Source: a virus. Taken from it: a DNA stretch of 64,000 nucleotides. Below are positions 1 to 6,592 of this stretch, in pieces. Location: IMG/VR virus record IMGVR_UViG_3300028920_000034, positions 1-64,000 of that record. One strand, written 5' to 3'. The notes beneath the pieces were generated by a model. That model worked only from the letters and a program-made list of their open reading frames with translations. It was not told the DNA's origin and did not search any database. A program made the translations under genes and the position numbers. Within the stretch, counting starts at the first letter, position 1. The number at the start of each line of letters is the position of its first letter.

Positions 1-126
1 CTCCATCCCAGCCGGAAGAACCACATCGCCATCCTGGATCACCGGCTCCCGCTGGCGAAGCCAGTAGCACAGGTGGACCACCAGGCCGCCCAGCACCATA
101 CCGATGAACAGGCACGCCACGCTCAC
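1..126 (-). CDS. partial small membrane protein (runs off window edge)
   Basis: GTG at 126 overlaps the TGA of the upstream gene; translates VSVACLFIGMVLGGLVVHLCYWLRQREP..., with a hydrophobic N-terminus. Confidence 0.55.
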   Translation of the reverse strand, partial: MSVACLFIGMVLGGLVVHLCYWLRQREPVIQDGDVVLPAGME

Positions 127-410
127 CTGCCCATCCTCATCGCCGCATCGTCACGCGACCACAAAAGCCAGAGCATCACCATGATGGGGTCCGCCGGGAT
201 CGTGTCCATATCCGACAAGATCATCGCATTCATGCTGGTGTAGTGTGCCCCCTCGGAGCCGAACCTAGCGATGTACGTCCGGCCCGGACCGTTCGGGCAC
301 GTGTAGTAGTCGATCCACTTCCCAGGCGCCATCTCCACGGACCCGAGGAACGCACACGCCTCGCAGTCATGGCTGTGGTACGGAACCTCGCTGTGCTCGA
401 AGCCAAACAT
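123..410 (-). CDS. hypothetical phage protein with HDCxxCxFLGS motif
   Basis: GGAGG just upstream of ATG 410; tight packing with neighbours. Confidence 0.7.
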   Translation of the reverse strand: MFGFEHSEVPYHSHDCEACAFLGSVEMAPGKWIDYYTCPNGPGRTYIARFGSEGAHYTSMNAMILSDMDTIPADPIMVMLWLLWSRDDAAMRMGR

Positions 411-411
411 G

Positions 412-597
412 CTACGCCTCCACTTCATAGGTGGCCATGAACGCCGCCTCTTCCCACTCCGACTTGTAGTTCTGCTTGGACTTCACCCGGATGTGAACCC
501 TGTTCTTGTCCAGTGGAACCTCGCCCAAGCGGAGCCCGATGTGATCCAACACCAGCTTGCGGAGCTCGCGTTCATCGATCTCAATTTTCACCTTCAT
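412..597 (-). CDS. hypothetical protein
   Basis: 61-aa ORF with GGAGG RBS and protein-like composition. Confidence 0.7.
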   Translation of the reverse strand: MKVKIEIDERELRKLVLDHIGLRLGEVPLDKNRVHIRVKSKQNYKSEWEEAAFMATYEVEA

Positions 598-606
598 CGT
601 GCCCTC

Positions 607-1338
607 CTACTTGGGGAACATCTGGTTGGCCACGATGGTCCCGCTTGCCGTCATCTGGAGACAGCCTTCACCGCGCTGGGATTGAATCCACAGAAGCCCC
701 CGGCGCCTGAGCATCCGGATGGCCCGCTCGCAGGTATGGCGGCTCATGTAGTGCTCGAGCTCTGCCGTGAGCTGGCTCTGCTTCACCTCCATCCTGGCCG
801 GCGCCCCGGGCATCGACATGCGAAGCACGTTCCACAGCACAAGCCGCTCCCGGTTGGTGAGGTGCCCGAGGAGCTCGGCCCAGAACGGACTGTCCTCCGG
901 TGGGAGCTCGCCGGCCCTCCGCGCGCCTGGCGGGGGCCCCAGTTGCTCGGCCTTGATCCGCTCCCAGTCCCCGGGGCCCCTGGCGTCCTCATGGAATGCG
1001 TCTGGGTTGGCCTTTGCGAACTCGGCCTCCCACACCTTGTGATCATCTTCGGACAGCCGGAACAGCCGATCATTGTCCGGGGGCAACGGCTCAGGCGCCT
1101 GGCGCCCCATCAGCTCGCGGAGAGCCACCACCAGGTCGTCCAGCTCGAAGGCAGAGGTACAGCACCCCGCCTCGCAGAGCTGGGCCACCAGGGCCCGCTG
1201 GTCAGCCTGGTAGGTCACCGGATAGACGCACTCGCCCACGTCGTCCTCTTGCTCCCCTTCGGGGAACCGTGTCTCCTCGAGGTGGTCATCCCACCAGTTG
1301 AGGAACCGGGTGATCTGTCGCTCCAGATCATCCCTCAC
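607..1338 (-). CDS. protein with C-terminal winged-helix DNA-binding domain
   Basis: GTGA overlap start; C-terminal LTNRERLVLW...QSQLTAEL..MSRHTCERAIRMLRRRGLL wHTH pattern. Confidence 0.65.
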   Translation of the reverse strand: MRDDLERQITRFLNWWDDHLEETRFPEGEQEDDVGECVYPVTYQADQRALVAQLCEAGCCTSAFELDDLVVALRELMGRQAPEPLPPDNDRLFRLSEDDHKVWEAEFAKANPDAFHEDARGPGDWERIKAEQLGPPPGARRAGELPPEDSPFWAELLGHLTNRERLVLWNVLRMSMPGAPARMEVKQSQLTAELEHYMSRHTCERAIRMLRRRGLLWIQSQRGEGCLQMTASGTIVANQMFPK

Positions 1339-1676
1339 GCCATCACCTCCACCACAGCGGAGCGATCCCCGACGATGCGCCCCTCGTCCCACGCCGCCAC
1401 GAAGCGAATCGTCTGGCCGGTGGGGAGCTCCCACTCGAGCCGGCGCCGCCGGGTGGGTGAGCCGAGCCCGCGCTCCACCAAGATCCCCTCGAGCATCGGG
1501 GCCACGTGCTCCAGCCACTGGTAGCGAGGCACCGCCACCAGGACACCTGGCTCCCCGAGCTCCAATGCGCTCGCCACGGCGTGGCACTGGGCGAACGTCT
1601 TTCCGCACCCCCGGCGCCAGGTCTCGCCGCTCACCACCGCGTGCAGCCGTTCCAGGTCTGTTTTCGTTTCTTGCAT
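1335..1676 (-). CDS. small P-loop protein resembling the N-terminal half of a terminase large-subunit ATPase
   Basis: RRGCGKT Walker A, then VLVAVP strand and GQTIRFV...RIVG; ends before a complete Walker B. Confidence 0.55.
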   Translation of the reverse strand: MQETKTDLERLHAVVSGETWRRGCGKTFAQCHAVASALELGEPGVLVAVPRYQWLEHVAPMLEGILVERGLGSPTRRRRLEWELPTGQTIRFVAAWDEGRIVGDRSAVVEVMA

Positions 1677-1680
1677 CCGA

Positions 1681-1751
1681 ACACCCTCTTGACTCTTATT
1701 CCCCTACAGAGGGAGATAAGGTTAATTAAGAAGAAGCAACACCCGTGCCAA
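1681..1751 (-). promoter_or_regulatory. conserved ~70-bp element copy 1: sigma54-type promoter + hairpin (sense to genes)
   Basis: minus strand TTGGCACG-GGTG-TTGCT-TCTTCTTAATTAACCTTATCTCCC...GAATAAGAGTCAAGAGGGTGT; its GAGGG lies just upstream of ATG 1676. Confidence 0.75.
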
Positions 1752-1754
1752 GTC

Positions 1755-1979
1755 TCAACCGATGCGCCGGTAGAACTGGCGCAACGCGCTCCAGGGCACC
1801 TGGAGCTTCGGGCCGATCACGTCGTCCAGGTCTTCCCGGGCCACCGTGGTCTCGAGCCCGGAGAGCACCATCACGATCTGGATCCGCCGGGGCCACGCGC
1901 ACTGGTCGCTCGGCCAGCCCTCGAGGTACTGGGCACGGAGCTGCCACACCTGCCCGTGTCGAATCTGCGCTTGGGTCAT
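1755..1979 (-). CDS. hypothetical protein
   Basis: 74-aa ORF filling the gap in a co-oriented run. Confidence 0.55.
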   Translation of the reverse strand: MTQAQIRHGQVWQLRAQYLEGWPSDQCAWPRRIQIVMVLSGLETTVAREDLDDVIGPKLQVPWSALRQFYRRIG

Positions 1980-1988
1980 TGAAAGCCA

Positions 1989-2180
1989 TCACTTACGCAG
2001 CATCCAGGTGGACGGAACACCGTGAGACCAAGTGATTCTCTTGACGTGCCCCTGGGCAGGACGGTCCACCTTGACTCCCACCGCGCGGACTCGCTTGCCG
2101 TCCACCTCGTAGACCACGGCCAACCGCTGCCGCGTGGGATTCCAGTAGACCTGCCCAGGTTTGGCACCCCGCTCAGGCAT
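1989..2180 (-). CDS. hypothetical protein
   Basis: probable start MPERGAKPGQVYWN, overlapping the stop of the upstream gene. Confidence 0.55.
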   Translation of the reverse strand: MPERGAKPGQVYWNPTRQRLAVVYEVDGKRVRAVGVKVDRPAQGHVKRITWSHGVPSTWMLRK

Positions 2181-2364
2181 CCCTTCCGTTGGCCTCCGGG
2201 AAACGGTTGGACCACCAGCGATCACCTGCCTCTTCGGCCTTGTCCAGCCAATCCTGTAGGGCCTCATCGATCATCGCCTGAATCGACACGCGCCGCTTGA
2301 AGTTGAGCACCCGGAGCCGCTCATGCGTCTCACTGGTTACGTGTGTTGCCTTACGGTCAGCCAT
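2173..2364 (-). CDS. ribbon-helix-helix (CopG/Arc-like) DNA-binding protein
   Basis: KATHVTSETHERLRVLNFKRRVSIQAMIDEALQDWL strand-helix-helix pattern; GAGGAGG RBS. Confidence 0.7.
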   Translation of the reverse strand: MADRKATHVTSETHERLRVLNFKRRVSIQAMIDEALQDWLDKAEEAGDRWWSNRFPEANGRDA

Positions 2365-2385
2365 GTTGCCTCCTCTAGCCGTAGA

Positions 2386-2414
2386 ACGCTATACCGGTTT
2401 ACAGGTAGAGTCAA
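2386..2414 (-). promoter_or_regulatory. sigma70-type promoter
   Basis: TTGACT-17 nt-TAGCGT upstream of the RHH gene. Confidence 0.6.
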
Positions 2415-2562
2415 CCTGCTTCGGGCGCCACCAGGTCCACCTGGTACGCCCATGGATGCGCGTCCGGCTGCCAAAGGTCCAACCGTCCCGGACGAGCTCC
2501 ATCTGCTCATCGAAGTCCAGCTCACCCTCTACCGTCTTGATCTCTCGCTCACCATTACTCAT
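2389..2562 (-). CDS. small hypothetical protein immediately after the pentamer array
   Basis: AAGGAG (end of array tract 3) 6 nt before ATG; MSNGEREIKTVEGELDFDEQMELVRDGW... Confidence 0.6.
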   Translation of the reverse strand: MSNGEREIKTVEGELDFDEQMELVRDGWTFGSRTRIHGRTRWTWWRPKQVDSTCKPV

Positions 2563-2567
2563 TGATA

Positions 2568-3083
2568 GCTCCTTGCCTTGCCATGCCCTGCCTTGCCTGG
2601 CCGCGCCTAGCCTCGCCCAGCCGCGCCCCGCGTTGCCGGGCCACGCCACAACCCCGAGCCGGCGCCAGTGAGCCCGCACTCGGGATGCTACCTTTCCGCA
2701 GCTCCTTGCCTTGCCCAGCCACGCATCGCCGCGCCTTGCCGCGCCATGCAGCGCCTTGCCGCGCCCAGCTCTGCCGTGCCCTGCAAAGCCACGCTTCGCG
2801 CTGCTTTGCCGGTCCCTGCCCAGCCCGACCATGCCGCGCCCAGCCCTGCCGCACCTCGCAGAGCCTGTCCTCGCCACGCCGTGCTTGGCCACAACCCCGA
2901 GCCGGCGCCAGTGAGCCCGCACTCGGGATGCTACCTTTCCGCAGCTCCTTGCCTTGCCCAGCCACGCATCGCCGCGCCTTGCCGCGCCATGCAGCGCATC
3001 GCCGCGCCTTGCCGCGCTACGCCATGCCCAGCATCGCCCCGCTCGGCCACGCCCTACCATGCCCTGCCTGTCCCAGCCGTGCT
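2568..3083 (-). ncRNA. array of (G)G(C)-NN pentamer tracts with structured linkers; candidate guide RNAs of the adjacent RAMP/Cas7-like protein
   Basis: three tracts of 27 (3083-2949), 37 (2890-2706) and 15 (2647-2573) in-register pentamers, second base always G; each ends GGCAA GGCAA GGAGC; identical 58-nt linkers at 2948-2891 and 2705-2648. Confidence 0.8.
2645..2997. repeat. exact 110-bp direct repeat within the array (2645-2754 = 2888-2997)
   Basis: base-by-base identity at offset 243, covering the linker plus the 3' part of tracts 1 and 2. Confidence 0.9.
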
Positions 3084-3092
3084 GTAGGGCTG

Positions 3093-3710
3093 CTACTTCC
3101 ACTCGCTCACCCGAAACTTGCCGTAGACACCCCGGAAGGTCCCCAGGCCGATGGCCACACCACCCTCTTCAAATAGGTTCTTGATCTCCTGTTCCTTGAT
3201 CTCGCGGTTCTGGAAAATCCAGAGGGTAAAGCTCAGGCTCCACGGAAGCGGGAGCACCGGGCGCTCCTTGGGATTCGGAATACCTTTCTCGAGCCTGGCC
3301 ACCCGGCGATCCAGGTAGATTCCAGAGGTTGGGTCTCGCTCCTTGTCCTGGTCAATGTCACCCATCTGAATCGGGTCCCCGTTCCGGCAAAATGGGATCA
3401 TTTCCGGTGACTCCTCCGGCCCCTGAATCATCGTGAAGCTCAGGCACGCATTCGCAATCTTCTTGTACTTGCGAGCGTCCCTGAGCCTCTTGGGGGCAGA
3501 GTTGGTGTTGTGGCTGGACAAGAACGAAATGATGTTTGAAGTCGGAAGCGCCAGCGTCCCGGTGCCAGGGATGAGGTACACTTTCTGGTTCCACATCAGC
3601 TTCGTGTCGTTGTCCCCCGCGTAGCGGTCGAACATGATCGGGGCTATCCCCTCCAGTTTCACCCTCCGCGTTACTTCTGCCATCGCTGTCAGTGATTCTG
3701 TCGCCTGCAT
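3093..3710 (-). CDS. stand-alone RAMP/Cas7-like RNA-binding protein
   Basis: N-terminal VKLEGIAPIMF strand, LALPTSNIISFL, RPVLPLPWSLSFTL and C-terminal Gly-rich loop GGVAIGLGTFRGVYGKFRV, typical of RAMP (Cas7/Csm3-like) folds; no other cas gene nearby. Confidence 0.75.
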   Translation of the reverse strand: MQATESLTAMAEVTRRVKLEGIAPIMFDRYAGDNDTKLMWNQKVYLIPGTGTLALPTSNIISFLSSHNTNSAPKRLRDARKYKKIANACLSFTMIQGPEESPEMIPFCRNGDPIQMGDIDQDKERDPTSGIYLDRRVARLEKGIPNPKERPVLPLPWSLSFTLWIFQNREIKEQEIKNLFEEGGVAIGLGTFRGVYGKFRVSEWK

Positions 3711-3771
3711 TTCGTTTCTCCCTCATGGTTCCTTGCCTTGTTTGTTCGGCCAGCCCATCCAGCCGAATCGT

Positions 3772-4647
3772 CTACAGCCCCTCGGATGCGCTCCGAAGGG
3801 TCTCCTTGATCTCATTCTCCTGGTCGATGATCTCGTTCATGGTGTCCATGTCCAGCCGGGCCCAGATAGCGCCGTTGATGATGGCCCGGAGCTCACGCGG
3901 CGGAAGCGCGTCCACCTCCCAGCTCTCGCGGCCGTACCTGGCGATGAACGCGCTGGCGCGCGAGTCGGACAGCTTGGCCGGATTCGGTGGAAGCTGATGC
4001 TTCTGCACCTGGTCGATGTTGAGGGCCACCTTGACCACCTCCACCTGGGTGCCGAACAGGTCCATGCGGTCCTGAATGTCCCGCACCATATCCTCGCCGC
4101 TCGGGTCTAGGTCCCCGAGGTACAAGATAGTGGCGTCGTCGCACCCGAGGTTGTCCATCCGATAGCTGATGCGCTTGGCGCTCTCGTACATGGCGCTCTG
4201 GGAGCTGTAGCCCCGGTTGACCATCAGCACGATGTGGCACTCCTTGGAGATAGGCTCGAGCACCCCGGCCAGGGCGTCCTTTTCCACCCACAGCTCCACG
4301 TAGTGGCGCTGCCCCTGGAGCCGCGGAAGCCGGAATGATGCCAGGGCGGACTCCATCAGCGAGCTCGCGGAGTCCCACTCGGGCGCCCGCTTGGCCTGGC
4401 GCACGCGGTCCTCAATCGCATCCCAGTCGATCTGCCCCGCCAGGCGCGCCTTGCTCACCAGGTTGCCCAGGTTCTTGTAGGACCGCTCCTTGTTCGGGAT
4501 GATGTTGGCGCTCACAAGCTGGTAGTAGAGCTGCCGGAGTGTAAGCCGAAGGCCGTCCTCCATGTAGGCTTCCACCACCCGGTTGCAGTGCTCCATCAGC
4601 TCCATGGACTTCGGGGTGAACCCCGCTTCGATGAATCGCTCCATCAT
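3772..4647 (-). CDS. topoisomerase VI subunit A/Spo11-like TOPRIM protein
   Basis: LTLRQLYYQL (5Y-CAP-like Tyr), VELWVEKDAL, NRGYSS, ILYLGDLDPSGEDM TOPRIM motifs. Confidence 0.8.
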   Translation of the reverse strand: MMERFIEAGFTPKSMELMEHCNRVVEAYMEDGLRLTLRQLYYQLVSANIIPNKERSYKNLGNLVSKARLAGQIDWDAIEDRVRQAKRAPEWDSASSLMESALASFRLPRLQGQRHYVELWVEKDALAGVLEPISKECHIVLMVNRGYSSQSAMYESAKRISYRMDNLGCDDATILYLGDLDPSGEDMVRDIQDRMDLFGTQVEVVKVALNIDQVQKHQLPPNPAKLSDSRASAFIARYGRESWEVDALPPRELRAIINGAIWARLDMDTMNEIIDQENEIKETLRSASEGL

Positions 4648-5297
4648 GACTTGACTCCCATCATGGCCAGCTCGAGGGCCAGCCGCTGCATCAGCTCCTC
4701 CCGGTCGGTCGGGAGCACCACTCGAAGCCCACGGTGCTCGGCCTCGGTGAGCATGAGCCAGAAGATCGCCGGCACCTTGTCCTGCCAGGTGTAGTCCAGG
4801 ACCGCATCGAACTCACGGTCAAAGGCATCCTGGGCCATTTCCCCCCGAGGTGCTGGCCCCATCACGTAGCACGCCGTGAGGGCCGCCAGGTTCTTCGTGG
4901 CATGGCGCTGTAAGAACAAGATGGTGTTCACCAGGTGGTTGTCCCCCATTTCGCTCACACGCACGCGCTCGCCCATGCGAGTGACCCACACGTCATCCGC
5001 CTCCTGGAGCTGGCGCTCCTCGAGCTCGTTCCGGAGGTAGCACACCAGGTCTTCAAGATCCTCGAGCTCCCAGTTGCGCTTGTGCTGACTGGCGCCGTAG
5101 CTGAAACACGGGGAGAACGTCCGGAGCACCTTACGCCGGTTGAACCAGCACACGGACACGCTCCTAGCCGCTCCACGCACCACCAGATGGGGCACGCCGC
5201 GCCTGCTCACGCGACGGGTCACGCGCATCCTGGGCTCGGACGTGAGCCGCTCGGCCACCTGGGTGAGCTCTGGCCACCAGTCGGTGCCACTACTCAT
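4644..5297 (-). CDS. hypothetical protein
   Basis: GGAGG RBS; contains WVTRMGERVRVSEMGDNHLVN, a motif type seen in small phage proteins. Confidence 0.65.
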   Translation of the reverse strand: MSSGTDWWPELTQVAERLTSEPRMRVTRRVSRRGVPHLVVRGAARSVSVCWFNRRKVLRTFSPCFSYGASQHKRNWELEDLEDLVCYLRNELEERQLQEADDVWVTRMGERVRVSEMGDNHLVNTILFLQRHATKNLAALTACYVMGPAPRGEMAQDAFDREFDAVLDYTWQDKVPAIFWLMLTEAEHRGLRVVLPTDREELMQRLALELAMMGVKS

Positions 5298-5529
5298 AGG
5301 CCGCCTCCTCCTGGCGCTTGCGCTCCTGGTAAGCATCGTCGTCCACCACCACCTCCACGTGCTCCTCTGCCCACGCCGCCCCGGCCCGGAGGGTCATTGC
5401 CAGAGCGAGGTACTCGGGCTCCCGCATCGCCAGGGACCCGATGTTCGCCAGCGTGCCACCGGACCCGGCGAACAACACCGCGTGAACGTGAACGCCGTTG
5501 TAGCTGTTGACCTGGAGCTTGAACCTCAT
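5290..5529 (-). CDS. hypothetical protein
   Basis: ATGA overlap; MRFKLQVNSYNGVHVHAVLF. Confidence 0.65.
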   Translation of the reverse strand: MRFKLQVNSYNGVHVHAVLFAGSGGTLANIGSLAMREPEYLALAMTLRAGAAWAEEHVEVVVDDDAYQERKRQEEAAYE

Positions 5530-5858
5530 TGCGCGTCCCTCCGGGGCCACCCGGTGGCGATGGCCAGCCACTCCTCGAGCTCGGCCTCGGTGAGCCCCAC
5601 GGTCTCGCCCTCGCCGTCCACCGCGGAAATGAAGCACGGCCCATGGATCACGATGGGGCCGAGCTGGCCGGGGAGCACCCGGTTCGGGGCATGGGTGAAG
5701 CGCCCCTCTTCGTTGCACCACAGCACAATGTTCCGGTGTCCGGTGGCCAGCATCACCGATTCGATGTAGCCGTCCACGAAGGTCTGCATGGCCTTCAGGT
5801 TGTCGTCCAGGTCCTCCGCCTTGGCGTGCTCGCCAGGCCGCATTGCGATGATCTGCAT
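5526..5858 (-). CDS. DUF3846-like protein
   Basis: LKAMQTFVDGYIE...LWCNEEG...PNR...IHGPCFI...GETVGLTE signature. Confidence 0.75.
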   Translation of the reverse strand: MQIIAMRPGEHAKAEDLDDNLKAMQTFVDGYIESVMLATGHRNIVLWCNEEGRFTHAPNRVLPGQLGPIVIHGPCFISAVDGEGETVGLTEAELEEWLAIATGWPRRDAQ

Positions 5859-5859
5859 G

Positions 5860-6075
5860 TTACAGCTTCCCCTGTCGCTTGCGCTCCTGGAGACAATTCC
5901 AGCACAGGTCCTCCCCGTTGGCTCTGGACACACTCCACAGGAGCTTGGTTTTCAAATCGGTCCTCATCTGGTGAGCTTCTTTTCTCCCGCGCCCGCACGT
6001 CTGGCCGTAGGACGGGTGACTGAAGCCACAGCCGTCGCAAACGATCTTGACTTCGATGCTCACGCGCGCCTCCAT
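5860..6075 (-). CDS. small zinc-finger protein
   Basis: CDGCG ... DLCWNC. Confidence 0.65.
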   Translation of the reverse strand: MEARVSIEVKIVCDGCGFSHPSYGQTCGRGRKEAHQMRTDLKTKLLWSVSRANGEDLCWNCLQERKRQGKL

Positions 6076-6581
6076 CGCTCCACCAGGGCCTTCCCGGCCT
6101 CGGTGATGAAGTAAATGGTCCAGTCGCCGCTGTCGGTGATCGCGGTGTCGCCTTTTGCCACCAGCCCGAGCTCCTCGAGCTGGGTACACGCCCCGTGGTT
6201 CTCCGGGTCCATCAGGATTGCCACCCCGCTCCCCGAAGTCCGGTCCAGGCTTCGCAGGATGCGCTTCTGGAGCTCCGCGTACTCCCTGGTGAGGGCATCG
6301 GCCACCCGAGCCGCAAAGTGAGCCGGGCGCTCCCCGCGGACACCAGCCGCAAACGCCTCCTCCTCGGTGGGCACACGGTGGCGATGCTGCCACGCCTCGG
6401 GGAGAGCCTTCCCGGCGCACAACCACTCGTCCAGGGCCTCCCATGCGATGTAGAGATCGTCGCAGTGACAAGAGTAGTCGTCACCGCTGCACAGATCGTA
6501 GCCGCCTGCCTTCCCACCGCAATACGGGTGAAGCGGCTTCATCAGCTCGCGGATGGTTTCCAGTGCCTTGTCAGAGTCCAT
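6060..6581 (-). CDS. hypothetical protein with C-terminal winged-helix-like segment
   Basis: GGAGGAG RBS; ALDEWLCAGKALPEAW and LEELGLV...YFITEAGK motifs. Confidence 0.65.
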   Translation of the reverse strand: MDSDKALETIRELMKPLHPYCGGKAGGYDLCSGDDYSCHCDDLYIAWEALDEWLCAGKALPEAWQHRHRVPTEEEAFAAGVRGERPAHFAARVADALTREYAELQKRILRSLDRTSGSGVAILMDPENHGACTQLEELGLVAKGDTAITDSGDWTIYFITEAGKALVERWRRA

Positions 6582-6592
6582 TCTCTCCTCCC

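Noticed and set aside
1335-1676. The phage's actual terminase large subunit
   Set aside because: Too short, no Walker B or nuclease domain, and no portal or small terminase nearby.
2568-3083. Canonical CRISPR array or simple microsatellite
   Set aside because: Only two long repeats, and the 75-185 nt intervening tracts are themselves periodic. The NN positions are too variable for a slippage microsatellite.
2389-3102. 237-aa G/A/R/W-rich ORF and the other ORFs crossing the pentamer array on both strands
   Set aside because: Translation artefacts of a 5-nt periodic GC-rich repeat; only the last 57 codons have an RBS and protein-like sequence.
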